A stretch of 64,000 nucleotides of DNA from NCBI GenBank assembly GCA_965219955.1, contig OZ244799.1, forward strand, positions 3,200,001 to 3,264,000. The letters run 5' to 3'. Made by a program: the position numbers and the translations under genes. The first letter of the stretch is position 1. Every line of letters starts with the position of its first letter. The DNA is from a bacterium. GTDB taxonomy: Bacteria; UBA8248. The notes under the pieces are model-generated. The model worked only from the letters and a program-made list of their open reading frames with translations, was not told the origin of the DNA and did not search any database. Shown piece by piece: positions 1-9,963 of the stretch.

Positions 1-199
1 GCAGGCTGGGCCAAAGCCAGGGCGAACCCGAAACGCGCCGCGCGCAAAGGGTCCGCGAAACAGAATACGAAAGAGCCCGGGAAATCCCGCCCTTCGTGAA
101 GCACATGCTCGATGAACGGACCGGACAAGGGAAACCACGAGGCTTCGTGTGTTATGATTCGGCAACACATTTAAGGGAAGTAAAAAGGCCGCTTAAAAG

Positions 200-805
200 A
201 TGAGCGCAACAGCTTCAAACAAATTAACGCTGGCGACCAAGATCACGCTGGTGCGGGTTTTCCTGATCCCCGTTTTCGTGATGTGCCTCGCCTACAAGAA
301 GCCGGGAATCGCCTTGGCCGTCTTCATCATCGCGGGCGTGGCGGACGGCGTCGACGGCTATATCGCGAGACGGCGCGGCGAGATGACGGAACTGGGCGCC
401 ATGCTCGACCCCATTGCGGACAAACTGCTCATGTTCACCGCATACATGATGATGGGGATCTCGGGACAAATCCCGATCTGGCTGGCCGTCTCCGTGGTAA
501 GCCGGGATTTGCTGCTGTCCATCGGCTGCCTGATGTTGTTCATGTCCGTGGGCTTCCAGGCGCCGTCTCCATCCATGCTGGGGAAAACGACGACGACCGC
601 CCAGATGGTCACCGCGGGCGCCGCACTTCTGGCGGCGGCGCTGGCGGCGGAGACGAACATCGTGCTGCTGTCCATGTACCTGATCACCTGCGCCCTGACG
701 CTCGCCTCGGGGGTTCATTATCTCTTCTTCGTGGGCACCCGGATGATTTACGAGAAACCGGACGACGACCAGACGGAAGAATCCACCCCTGCGGCCCGGA
801 ACTGA
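200..805 (+). CDS. CDP-alcohol phosphatidyltransferase (PgsA-like)
   Basis: Family motif D-G-x2-A-R-x8-G-x3-D-x3-D (ADGVDGYIARRRGEMTELGAMLDPIADK); several TM helices; TGTTATGAT extended -10-like sequence upstream. Confidence 0.9.
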   Translation: MSATASNKLTLATKITLVRVFLIPVFVMCLAYKKPGIALAVFIIAGVADGVDGYIARRRGEMTELGAMLDPIADKLLMFTAYMMMGISGQIPIWLAVSVVSRDLLLSIGCLMLFMSVGFQAPSPSMLGKTTTTAQMVTAGAALLAAALAAETNIVLLSMYLITCALTLASGVHYLFFVGTRMIYEKPDDDQTEESTPAARN

Positions 806-821
806 GGCCAGGCGACCCGAC

Positions 822-1868
822 ATGGACAACCAAACCCAAATCCTCACGTGGAAGCGAATCTGGCTGATTCTCATACTCATCGCCGCCGTCTGGCTCTTGG
901 TGAGCGCCCGGGCGGCGCTGGTCCCCCTGGCGGCTTCGTTCATCCTCGCCTATCTCCTCCAGCCGCTGGTCGATGCGCTGGAGAGATGGAAGATACCGCG
1001 GCCCCTCGCCGTCCTGATCCCCCTGCTGGGGCTGGGGCTGGGACTGTTCATCCTGTGGGTCAGCATATCGCCCGTGGTGCAGGAGCAGGTGACGGCGTTC
1101 GCCCAACAACTCCCCGGCTACATCACCGTCGCTCAGTCTTGGCTCATCGCCACGCTCGACAGGTTCGAACTCCCCCAGACCGCCGAACTCAAGAAATACT
1201 TCACCGAAAACCTCTCCCTGCTGGGGCAGTTTCCCGTTACCGCGCTCAGGTTTCTGCTGAGAACGACCAGCGGCATCTTTTCCATCGCCATCGGTATCAT
1301 CTATCTCATCCTCATCCCCGTGATGACGTTCTATATTCTGAGGGACTGGAAAGAGCTATGGGCGGGGTTTTTCGCCTACGTGCACCGCGACTACCGCAAA
1401 GAGGTGGAGAAAAGGGTCTTCCGTCTCGACGAGCTCCTCGGTTCGTTCATCAAGGGGCAGTTGCTGATCGCCCTCATCCTCTCCGCCTTGTACGTGCTGG
1501 GCTTCTTCATCGTGGGGATGCCGCTGTGGCTGGTGATGGGCATCTTCACGGGTATCGCCTGCATGTTCCCCTACGTGGAATGGATTATCGCCCTGCCGAT
1601 CGCCCTGCTTCTCTCGGGGCTCGCGCATCAGGACTGGATACACCCGCTGGGAACGCTGGCCGTGTTCGGAGTCATCTCGCCCATCGCGGGCATGACGCTC
1701 GTTCCCCGCATCCTGGGCAACCGCATCGGGCTTCACCCCGTGGTGGTGCTCGCTTCCATCATGATAGGGGGCGAGTTGATGGGATTCGCGGGAATCCTCC
1801 TCGCCGTTCCGCTCGCGGCGGCCATCAAGGTGGCCCTCGAGGCCATCAGCGACTACTACCTCGCGTAG
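822..1868 (+). CDS. AI-2E family (UPF0118/PerM-like) transporter
   Basis: 348-aa multi-TM protein with LAYLLQPLVD near the N-terminus and PRILG...GLHPVVVL...GG.LMGFAGILLAVP near the C-terminus. Confidence 0.9.
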   Translation: MDNQTQILTWKRIWLILILIAAVWLLVSARAALVPLAASFILAYLLQPLVDALERWKIPRPLAVLIPLLGLGLGLFILWVSISPVVQEQVTAFAQQLPGYITVAQSWLIATLDRFELPQTAELKKYFTENLSLLGQFPVTALRFLLRTTSGIFSIAIGIIYLILIPVMTFYILRDWKELWAGFFAYVHRDYRKEVEKRVFRLDELLGSFIKGQLLIALILSALYVLGFFIVGMPLWLVMGIFTGIACMFPYVEWIIALPIALLLSGLAHQDWIHPLGTLAVFGVISPIAGMTLVPRILGNRIGLHPVVVLASIMIGGELMGFAGILLAVPLAAAIKVALEAISDYYLA

Positions 1869-1955
1869 TTTCTATTTGCCGCTCTCTCGGGAGGGGCGAA
1901 CCGCCGCTTACGGGGCTGTTGAAGAAGTCCCGATTTCGTGATTTTGGGAATTTAA

Positions 1956-3690
1956 CCCGGATATTTCACCGAGGCTTTGGAACGGCCTGATTTGAAGTCG
2001 TGGACGGCTTGATTCGGGAGGCGGCCTTCTTCGTCGGCGCGATACGATGACGCACGGCGCCCGAGCGGCGCTTTTTCGTCGATTTCGAAGGCTTTCGGGG
2101 AGTGCCGGCCGACGCGCAGGCGCAGGTTTCCCGCTGCGGCAACCTATGTCGCTCCGATTCTACGCTCAGTCACTCTCCCCCGCCGTCGGCCAGGGCGGGT
2201 GCGTACGCAGGTTGTTCACTACCTTTTCGAAGAGCGCCGCATGGGGCCAGGCCTCGGAGATAGACAGCCGGACCTTGCGCACGCTGACCCTCACGCGGGC
2301 GCCGATCTTGAGCAGTTTCAGCCGGATCGTTGCGCACTGGGCCCTGGCGCATGTCGTGCCCGCCAGCCCCAGGCGCCGGAGTCCGTGCATCAGGACGTAG
2401 GCGAAGGAGGCGAAGTAGAGCCGCAACTGATTGGCCCTCATGGTGGCGCTGCTGGTGCGGTCGGCGAACAGGCCGAGTTGCTGTTCCTTGATGCGGTTCT
2501 CCATCTCTCCCCGGGCGCAGTAGAGTTCTTCGTAGAGGCGTCTGGCGCCGGCCCGCCGGGGGCGGAGATTGGTGACCACGAACCGCGGGTTCGCCCCCCT
2601 GGGCAGGTATTGCGCCTTGCCCACCACCCGGCGGGTTCTGGACCAGCTCTTGCGCGTTCGATAGCGGAAGTCGCGATACCGGCGCGCCGGCTCACCCGTG
2701 CGGCGACAGACGACCTCGGCCCGGTAGAGGTCCCGGCCAATCGCCCGCACCAGCCGCGCGTTGCGCGCCATGCCGAACACGTAGCCGACGCCGTTCTCCT
2801 CGCACCAGCGCATCAACGGCTCGCGGCAAAAACCCGAGTCGCCGCGAACCACGACCCGCGTACGCGGCCAGCGCCTGCGGACCTGCGCCACGATCCGCGC
2901 CAACTCCTCCTCGCTGCCGGCCGAGGCGTCGACGTTCGAGCGGCGCAGCCGCGCGCACAGCAGATGCGCGCCGCAGAAGACGTAGAGCGGCAGATAACAG
3001 TAGCGGCCGTAATAGCCGTGGAAGAAGCGCCCCTCCTGGCGACCGTGCAGGGGGTCGTCCGTGGCGTCGAGGTCCAGCCATATCTCTTCGGGCGGTTCGG
3101 CGTAAGACTCCATGAACACGTCCACCAGCAGGCGGTCCATCGCCTCGAAGTCCGCAGCGATGCGCTTGTAGCGATCCGTCGCCGCCTCGGCGCCGCCCAA
3201 CTCCAGGCGGTTCAGCGTACTCGATGCGGCCAGCGGAGAGCCGCGGTCCCGAAGGCGAACCCGCCCGGCTCCCGTCAGGTCCCGCTTGCCCACCAGCAGC
3301 GCCAGCAACCTGTCGCGGCGCAAATCCTCGTGGTCGTTCAGGTCCTCGTAGCCCAGCGCCAGCGCGTACACCCGCTGCGCCGCCAGCGAGCGCACCGGGT
3401 GCTCCACGCTGCCGGGCTTGCGGCAATCACGAAAACACCGCGCCAGACGAGCCATCAGACCCAGGCGGAGATCCGTCTCGCGAAGCAGCACCCCGCCGGC
3501 GTCCGACGTGATCCGTCCGCCGTCGAATCGGGCGATGACCTCGCGTCTTCCGTGGGGGTGAAAGTGAAGTTGTTCCGGTGTACAATGCGTATCCATGGGG
3601 CCTCTCTGTCGGACGGGTGTAAGTTATTGAGACAACTCACATTATCCGACATTCAGAGGCCCCATGCCATTTGTCGGTGAAATATCCGGG
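1956..3690 (-). mobile_element. IS1380-family insertion sequence
   Basis: Perfect 17-bp terminal inverted repeats CCCGGATATTTCACCGA (1956-1972) and TCGGTGAAATATCCGGG (3674-3690); flanked by TTAA (1952-1955) and TTAG (3691-3694). Confidence 0.92.
2166..3596 (-). CDS. IS1380-family DDE transposase
   Basis: Motifs FDGGRITSDAG, GYEDLNDH, LDLDATDDPLHGRQEG, RGDSGF, YCARGEMENRIKE. Confidence 0.95.
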   Translation of the reverse strand: MDTHCTPEQLHFHPHGRREVIARFDGGRITSDAGGVLLRETDLRLGLMARLARCFRDCRKPGSVEHPVRSLAAQRVYALALGYEDLNDHEDLRRDRLLALLVGKRDLTGAGRVRLRDRGSPLAASSTLNRLELGGAEAATDRYKRIAADFEAMDRLLVDVFMESYAEPPEEIWLDLDATDDPLHGRQEGRFFHGYYGRYCYLPLYVFCGAHLLCARLRRSNVDASAGSEEELARIVAQVRRRWPRTRVVVRGDSGFCREPLMRWCEENGVGYVFGMARNARLVRAIGRDLYRAEVVCRRTGEPARRYRDFRYRTRKSWSRTRRVVGKAQYLPRGANPRFVVTNLRPRRAGARRLYEELYCARGEMENRIKEQQLGLFADRTSSATMRANQLRLYFASFAYVLMHGLRRLGLAGTTCARAQCATIRLKLLKIGARVRVSVRKVRLSISEAWPHAALFEKVVNNLRTHPPWPTAGESD

Positions 3691-3694
3691 TTAG

Positions 3695-5309
3695 CAGCCT
3701 GTCGGACTTAGGCCCTACCTTTTATAATATGTCGTTCTCGCGAGGTATTTTTAAGGGAGGGGATTGGGGTGGCGAAGTTTGTAGATTGTAATCAGTCGCA
3801 GTTGTATCTTCTTCCTGTGGACATGCGGGAGTGGTTGCCGGAGGACGATCTGGCGCACTTCGTAGTGGAGGCGGTGGAACGGGTGCCTCTGGGGTCATTC
3901 CGCGTGAACGAGCGCGGCACGGGTTCAGCGCAGTACCATCCCCGGATGATGCTGGCGCTGCTGATTTACTGCTACGCGAACGGGATATTCGGTTCGCGCC
4001 GGATCGAGCGCGCGACGTACCGGGATATCGGGGTTCGATACGTGGCGTCGAACACACACCCGGACCACGACACGATCTGCGCGTTCCGTCGCGATAACTT
4101 CGAGGCGATAGCGGAGACGTTCGAGCAGGTTTTGCTGCTGGCGAAGGAGTTGAAGTTGTTGCGGGTCGGGACGGTGAGCGTGGACGGGACGAAGGTGGAC
4201 GCGAACGCGAGCAAGCACAACAACGTCCGGTATGACCGTGCGCAGGCGTTGGGCTCTCAATTGCGCGGAGAGGTCGAGGAGTTGCTGGAGCGTGCGGAGA
4301 GCGAAGATGCGCAGGAGGTAGGGGATCCGCAGGCGCTGCCGGAGGAGTTGGCGCGTCGCGAGGAGTTGAAGTCGAAGCTGGATGCGGCGTGCGCGGAACT
4401 GGAGCGCCGCGCGAAGAGGTCGGCCGAGGCGGGTCGGGCGGAATATGAACGCAAGGCGGCGTCTCGGGAGCGCCGTTCAGGTCGGAGGAAGGGTCCGCGC
4501 ATCAAGCCCCCTCGGGAGAAGCCCGAAGAGGGGCGGCAGATCAACCTGACGGATGGGGACAGCGCCTTGATGCGCAAGAGCAAGCGTCACGAGTATCGCC
4601 AGGCGTACAACGCGCAGGCGGTGGTGGATGCCGAAGGCAGCCAGTTGGTGCTGGGAGCGCGTGTGAGCAACAACGCGAGCGACCGCGGGGAACTGGTGGC
4701 GGACGTGGAGGCGATTCCGCCTTCGGTTGCCGCGCCGGCGCGTGTGTTGGCGGACAGCGGCTACGCGACGGGCAGCGAAGTGGAAGAACTCGAGAGACGG
4801 GGCGTCGAGGTTCTGGTGGCCACGCAAGCCGAAGGGGGGCGCCGTCGGCACGACTTCCGGCCACCGGTGGCTTCCCGGCCAGGTCCGGAAGTTCGAGCGG
4901 AGTGGATTGCGGCGATGCGCGCGAAGATGGCGAAGCCGGAAGAGCGCGCCCGTTATCGCCTGCGGCGGCAGACGGTGGAGCCGGTGTTCGGCATCGTCAA
5001 GCAGGCGATGGGCTTCCGGCAGTTCCTCTTGCGCGGTCTCGAGAAGGTGCAGGGCGAGTGGGTCCTGGTGATGCTGGCTTATAACTGCAAGCGTCTGCAC
5101 AACCTGAAGTCGGCGTGATCGGAGGATAAACGCCCTCGTCCCGTGGCCTGTTGCCGGCCGCTATGACTCCCACCGGGCCTGTGAGGGCCGATCATGGCTC
5201 CTGACACCGAATCGCCGGCCAACAAGAATCGATTACCGAGAAGAACCCCGAAAATCACTCCCACGATTGGTGCTTCGAACTCCTTGGCAGGCCAAAGCCC
5301 GACAGGCTG
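3695..5309 (+). mobile_element. IS1182-family insertion sequence
   Basis: Inverted termini CAGCCTGTCGG (3695-3705) and CCGACAGGCTG (5299-5309); flanked by TTAG (3691-3694) and TTAA (5310-5313). Confidence 0.85.
3769..5118 (+). CDS. IS1182-family transposase (DUF772 + DDE)
   Basis: YHPRMMLALLIYCYANGIFGSRRIE, PDHDTICAFR, VDGTKVDANAS, ADSGY, RRQTVEPVFGIVK; GTG start with GGAGG upstream. Confidence 0.95.
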   Translation: MAKFVDCNQSQLYLLPVDMREWLPEDDLAHFVVEAVERVPLGSFRVNERGTGSAQYHPRMMLALLIYCYANGIFGSRRIERATYRDIGVRYVASNTHPDHDTICAFRRDNFEAIAETFEQVLLLAKELKLLRVGTVSVDGTKVDANASKHNNVRYDRAQALGSQLRGEVEELLERAESEDAQEVGDPQALPEELARREELKSKLDAACAELERRAKRSAEAGRAEYERKAASRERRSGRRKGPRIKPPREKPEEGRQINLTDGDSALMRKSKRHEYRQAYNAQAVVDAEGSQLVLGARVSNNASDRGELVADVEAIPPSVAAPARVLADSGYATGSEVEELERRGVEVLVATQAEGGRRRHDFRPPVASRPGPEVRAEWIAAMRAKMAKPEERARYRLRRQTVEPVFGIVKQAMGFRQFLLRGLEKVQGEWVLVMLAYNCKRLHNLKSA

Positions 5310-5336
5310 TTAAGCAACTGACGAGAGAGAAGGAAC

Positions 5337-5827
5337 CACTCCCCCCTTGAGGGGGGCCGTTGAAAAAGCCCGGCAAAGCCGAGATTGCCGTCATTCCGGC
5401 GAAAGCCGGAATCCATTTTCAAGTGGAATGACAATACGCCGGCTTTTTATCTCCCCGTCATTGGCGGGGTCCCAACAAGAAAAAAACAAAGGCAAAACAA
5501 ATGGATTCCGGCTTTCGCCGGAATGACGAACAAAAGCGCATTCGCCCGTAGGGGCAGGCCCCCGTGCCCGCCCGATTCTGGTTGTTCGTCAACCTGCCCG
5601 TAGGGGTCGTTCGCGAACGACCCCTACAGGAACACACGCCATCCACCCTGGTTCGTCATTCCGACCGGGGAGGGGGTTTTCAAGGGAATCCCCCCCTTGT
5701 CAGGGGGGCAAGAAAAAGCAAAACCCCCTCAGTCCGGCGGGGGCGCATCGCCTTTTTTACCCCCCTGACAAGGGGGGGTAGGGGGGGTTGCCTTTATCCC
5801 CTGAGGAGGGACGCTTTTTCAACGGCC
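5337..5827. repeat. Composite palindromic repeat array / MITE-like element
   Basis: Perfect 13-bp inverted termini GGCCGTTGAAAAA (5355-5367) and TTTTTCAACGGCC (5815-5827). They enclose an inverted pair of GTCATTCCGGCGAAAGCCGGAATCCA (5390-5415, 5502-5527), GTAG-type hairpins and CCCCCTTGTCAGGGGG modules. Confidence 0.9.
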
Positions 5828-5829
5828 GC

Positions 5830-6354
5830 TCAGGCGGGCACTTCCACGCCCCGGTCCACGGCGCGGGCCATGAGGAAGAGGAGGTCGGAGACGCGGTTGA
5901 GATATACGAGCAGGTCGGGGTTGTCGATGTAGCCTTCGTCCCGCAGCTTCACAGACCATCGCTCGCCCCGGCGGATGATGGTGAGCGCCATGTCCAGGGC
6001 GGCGCCGCAGGACGAATCGCCGGAGATCACCCAGTCGGTGATCTGAATCTCCTTTTCATAGCGCGCCACCTGCGCGTCAGCCCACGCGACCTGCTCCGCG
6101 CCCACGCGCTCTCCCAGCCTGCCGAGCTTGCCCCGCAGCGTCGCCAGGTCGCTGCTCACGAGGTAGAGGTCTTTCTGGATTTTGAGGATTTCGGGCTTCA
6201 GCCATTCGGGCGCGGTCGAGCGGGCGAGGCCGAGCGCCGCCTTCGCCTCGTCGAGCGCGCCGTAGGCCTGCACCTGGGGATGATACTTGGGAACCCTGTC
6301 GGCGAACCACAAATCGGTGTTCCCGTCGTCTCCCCTTCTCGTGACGATGGACAT
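5830..6354 (-). CDS. pduO: ATP:cob(I)alamin adenosyltransferase, PduO type
   Basis: IVTRRGDDGNT, AYGALDE, IRRGER, YLNRVSDLLFLMAR signature motifs. Confidence 0.92.
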   Translation of the reverse strand: MSIVTRRGDDGNTDLWFADRVPKYHPQVQAYGALDEAKAALGLARSTAPEWLKPEILKIQKDLYLVSSDLATLRGKLGRLGERVGAEQVAWADAQVARYEKEIQITDWVISGDSSCGAALDMALTIIRRGERWSVKLRDEGYIDNPDLLVYLNRVSDLLFLMARAVDRGVEVPA

Positions 6355-6371
6355 CGCGTCACTCCTTCAGG

Positions 6372-7433
6372 CTAGAGTCTCTTGATGACGTCGGTGGCGA
6401 CGGAGCGCGTCGTCCCGGTTCCGCCCAGGTCCGCCGTCCGGTTGCCCCCGGCCAGATGCGCGCGGACCGCGCCGTCGAGACGCTTCGCCGCGCGCTCCTC
6501 GCCCAGGTAATCGAGCATCAGGGCGGCGGAGATGAGCGCGGCCACCGGGTTGGCGATCCCCTTGCCCATGATGTCGGGGGCGGAGCCGTGCACGGGCTCG
6601 AACAGGCCGGGCGCGTCCCCTTTGGGATTCGTGTTGGCGCTCGCGGCGACCCCCAGCCCGCCGACGATGGCGGCGCCCAGGTCCGTCAGGATGTCGCCGA
6701 AGAGGTTCGTCGAGACCACGACGTCGAAATGCTCGGGCCTCCTCACGAACTCGAGCGCGGCGGCGTCGACGAGATATTTGGCCGTCTCGACTTTCCTGTA
6801 GCGGGGCCTGGCCGCGACTTCCTCGAAAATCTCATCCCACATCACCAGCGTATGGCCCTGCGCGTTCGATTTGGTGACGTTCGTGACGTGCTTTTTCCGC
6901 TTGAGCGACGCCTCGAACGCCGCCTCGATGATGCGCTCACAGCCCATGCGCGTGAAAACCGTTATCTGGGCCGCCATCTGCGACGGATGCCCCTCGTAGT
7001 GCCTGCCGCCGATGGGGCTGTACTCCCCCTCGGTGTTCTCGCGGAAGAAGAGCATGTCGATGTCGCCCGGCTCATAGCCGCGCAGCGGCGATTCCAGCCC
7101 CTCGTACAGGATGATGGGTCGCATGTTGACGTAGAGGTCGAACCCCCTGCGCAGCGGCAGCAGAAGCTGGTTGAGCGTGATGTGGTCGGGAATGTCGGGC
7201 CGGCCCACCGCGCCGAGCAGAATCGCGTCGTGTTTTCTCACGCGGTTCAGGAAATTCTCCGGACACATCCGGCCCGTCTCGTGATAGAAATCGCTCCCCC
7301 AGGGGTATTTCGTGAAAGAAAACTGGAGGCCCCGCTCGCTCTTCGCCAGCGCGCGCAGGACGCGCACCGCCTGGGTAACGACTTCCGGTCCGATGCCGTC
7401 CGCGGGTATCAAACCAATGCTGTGCTTCGCCAT
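6372..7433 (-). CDS. Tartrate/isopropylmalate dehydrogenase family (beta-decarboxylating dehydrogenase)
   Basis: DGIGPEV, RENTEGEYS, TKSNAQ, NLFGDILTDL, FEPVHGSAPDI. Confidence 0.92.
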   Translation of the reverse strand: MAKHSIGLIPADGIGPEVVTQAVRVLRALAKSERGLQFSFTKYPWGSDFYHETGRMCPENFLNRVRKHDAILLGAVGRPDIPDHITLNQLLLPLRRGFDLYVNMRPIILYEGLESPLRGYEPGDIDMLFFRENTEGEYSPIGGRHYEGHPSQMAAQITVFTRMGCERIIEAAFEASLKRKKHVTNVTKSNAQGHTLVMWDEIFEEVAARPRYRKVETAKYLVDAAALEFVRRPEHFDVVVSTNLFGDILTDLGAAIVGGLGVAASANTNPKGDAPGLFEPVHGSAPDIMGKGIANPVAALISAALMLDYLGEERAAKRLDGAVRAHLAGGNRTADLGGTGTTRSVATDVIKRL

Positions 7434-7494
7434 CGCTTCTCCTTTATCACTCCGTGCGCGGCGGGTGCGTTGATCACATCCACGCCGCGAAGAA

Positions 7495-9093
7495 TTAGAG
7501 TCCCCTTTCGATGAGATACTCCACCGGATTGTAGTCGTCCGTCAAAACCGGGCCGTAGAGGCGCGCGCCAGGCGGCGCCACGCGAGCGCGCGCGGCGAAC
7601 GCGAACCTGGTCTCCCGGCGCATCGCCTCGCTCACGCGGCGGAAGCGGTCCGCATCCTCGTCCCGGAACGCGAAGAACAGAATATTCTGCGCAACATAGG
7701 GATTCGCGGGGTCTGTGCTGTAGATGAATATCTCCGGGAACACGCTTTTCATGGTCCGGTAGACGGATGCGTATATCGCGCCGCCGGGACCGGCGCGGTA
7801 GCCGATCAGGTTCAGCATGAAGGCGCCGCCGGGCGCAAGACGCTCTCGCGCCTCTTCGAAAAACTCCTTCGTGACCAGGTGCGGCGGTATGTTCCGCAAG
7901 CCCCGGTAGGCGTCGCCCACGATGAAATCGTATTTTTCGCCGGATGACCGCAGGATGCGCCTGCCGTCTCCCACCAGGGTCTTGATCTTCGGGAACTTCG
8001 CGAGCCTGAAAAACCTGCGTCCCGCATCGACCACTTCCTCGTCGAGTTCGGCCACTTCGATGGATACCTCCGGCTTCATGAGATGCAGCGCCTTGGGCAT
8101 CGTGAAGGCGCCGCCGCCGATGAAGATCGCGCGCTTCATGTGGGGAACGAACAGCGGCCCGAGTTCCAGGAAGCGGGTGTATTCATAGAAAAACTTCCTG
8201 TCGTCTCCCACCACCATCGCCCCTTCGGGCTGGTGATCCAGATACATCTCGCGCACCCGCGCGCCGTCCGCCTCCTCTCTCTCGAATATGCGGATCATGT
8301 GGTACATGTTCTCGCGCACCCACACCGTATCCTTATCCACGCCGGGGATGACGCCCAGCCACGCGGCGCCCGCCCCCATCGAAGCGAGGAGAAACGCCGC
8401 GAGAAGCAGGTTCGCCCGCGCTTTTCGCTTCGAGAACAAACCGGCGAGGTCGCCGCAGAGGTAGAGCCCCAGCGTCGCCGTGAGCGTAAGCGCCGCCGCC
8501 GTCGTCAGGAAGATGCCGTTCAGGCCGAAAAAGGGAATGAAGACGAAGCCCGTCGCGAACGTGCCGAGGATGCTCCCGATGGTGGACCAGGTGAAGAGGT
8601 TGCCCGTCACCGCTCCGAGGCTCCCCTCTCCTCTTGCGGCGAGCTTCACCGCGAAGGGCGTGAGCGTGGCGAGCACGCAACCCGGAGCGGCGAAGAGCAG
8701 AAGACCGGCGATCACGGGTCCCGATTGCAGGCTCAGGCTCTCTTCCATCGTGGGCAGCAGGAGCCCCCGCAGGGCGGGCACAAGGGCGACCAGGCCCGCG
8801 CCGCCCAGCATGAGGGAGAAAAACAGCCTGCTCGACGGGTTCCTGTCCGCGAGCCTTCCCCCTATGGAATAGCCGAGGCTGAGAGCGGCCAGGATGATGC
8901 CGATCATCGAGGTCCAGGTGTAGAGCGTGTTGCCGAAGTGGGGGGCGAGCACGCGCCCCGCCGCGATCTCCATGACGAGAATCGAGCCGCCGGAGAGAAA
9001 GACCGAGAAATAGAGGTACAGGCCCACCACGCTCTTCCCTGTAACCTGCGGTTCTTTGGCCTGCGGCGTTCGCCTGGGCTGCCTGGCCACCAC
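7495..9093 (-). CDS. Fused membrane domain / spermidine synthase-like SAM-dependent transferase
   Basis: N-terminal TM region (MEIAAGRVLAPHFGNTLYTW); C-terminal IGGGAFT, ELDEEVV, GDGR, DAY, LTDDYNP. Start codon uncertain. Confidence 0.88.
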   Translation of the reverse strand: MVARQPRRTPQAKEPQVTGKSVVGLYLYFSVFLSGGSILVMEIAAGRVLAPHFGNTLYTWTSMIGIILAALSLGYSIGGRLADRNPSSRLFFSLMLGGAGLVALVPALRGLLLPTMEESLSLQSGPVIAGLLLFAAPGCVLATLTPFAVKLAARGEGSLGAVTGNLFTWSTIGSILGTFATGFVFIPFFGLNGIFLTTAAALTLTATLGLYLCGDLAGLFSKRKARANLLLAAFLLASMGAGAAWLGVIPGVDKDTVWVRENMYHMIRIFEREEADGARVREMYLDHQPEGAMVVGDDRKFFYEYTRFLELGPLFVPHMKRAIFIGGGAFTMPKALHLMKPEVSIEVAELDEEVVDAGRRFFRLAKFPKIKTLVGDGRRILRSSGEKYDFIVGDAYRGLRNIPPHLVTKEFFEEARERLAPGGAFMLNLIGYRAGPGGAIYASVYRTMKSVFPEIFIYSTDPANPYVAQNILFFAFRDEDADRFRRVSEAMRRETRFAFAARARVAPPGARLYGPVLTDDYNPVEYLIERGL

Positions 9094-9234
9094 GCGCTCC
9101 TCGAAAAAAAGAAAACCACACCCTGCAAAAATGAATCCGCACTCTATGGCACTGAAAGGCCTGAGGCAAGCCGGGGTGCGTCTGGATTTTTTCGGGTCGA
9201 TGCCTCATAAATAGAATGAAATTCACCCGGAATC

Positions 9235-9963
9235 ATGCTGCATGGATTTTTCCTCAATAAAGAGAACGACGAGTTGACCTCCGACAAGGTGTATCCATCA
9301 TCCAGAGCCGCCATCGCCGACATACCCGACGGCGCCACCATTCTGCTGGGCGGGTTCGGCGGCGCGGGCATCCCGGAAAACCTCCTGGTCGCCATGGCCG
9401 ACCACCCCGCGCGCGACCTGACCGTCGTCACGAACCACGCGGGTTTCGGCGAGCGCGGCCTCGCCGTGCTGCTCAGACAGGGGAAGGTGAAGAAAATCAT
9501 CTGCAGCTACGCCTTCCACAGGAGCGCGTTCGTGTTCAGAGAACTTTATCTCGAGGGGAAAATCGAACTCGAACAACTCCCCCAGGGGACCATGGCCGAG
9601 AGGATCCGCGCGGCGGGCGCAGGCGTTTCCGCCTTCTACACGCCCACCGGCGTCGGCACGCAGGCGGCCGAGGGCAAGGAGACCCGCACGATCAACGGTC
9701 GCGACGTCGTGCTCGAATACCCCCTGCCCGGCGACGTGGCCGTCATCAAGGCGCACCGGGCCGACGCGATGGGGAACCTCACCTACCGGGGCACGGCGGC
9801 GAACTTCAACCCCGTCATGGCGACGGCGGCGCCGCTCACCATCGCCGAAGTGGAGGAAATCGTGGAACCCGGCGTCATCGCGCCCGAGAGCGTGCACACG
9901 CCCTCGATTTACGTGCAAAGAGTCGTCAGAGGAGAAGACCTTGGCCTCCGATCCGAAACTTGA
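9235..9963 (+). CDS. 3-oxoacid CoA-transferase subunit A
   Basis: GGFGGAGIPE, PQGTMAERIRAAGAG, FYTPTGVGT, NFNPVMA. The true start may be TTG at 9274. Confidence 0.92.
   Translation: MLHGFFLNKENDELTSDKVYPSSRAAIADIPDGATILLGGFGGAGIPENLLVAMADHPARDLTVVTNHAGFGERGLAVLLRQGKVKKIICSYAFHRSAFVFRELYLEGKIELEQLPQGTMAERIRAAGAGVSAFYTPTGVGTQAAEGKETRTINGRDVVLEYPLPGDVAVIKAHRADAMGNLTYRGTAANFNPVMATAAPLTIAEVEEIVEPGVIAPESVHTPSIYVQRVVRGEDLGLRSET

Noticed and set aside
1-99. 3' end of an upstream gene (AGWAKARANPKR...PS*)
   Set aside because: The frame is open to TGA at 97-99, but it is too short to identify.
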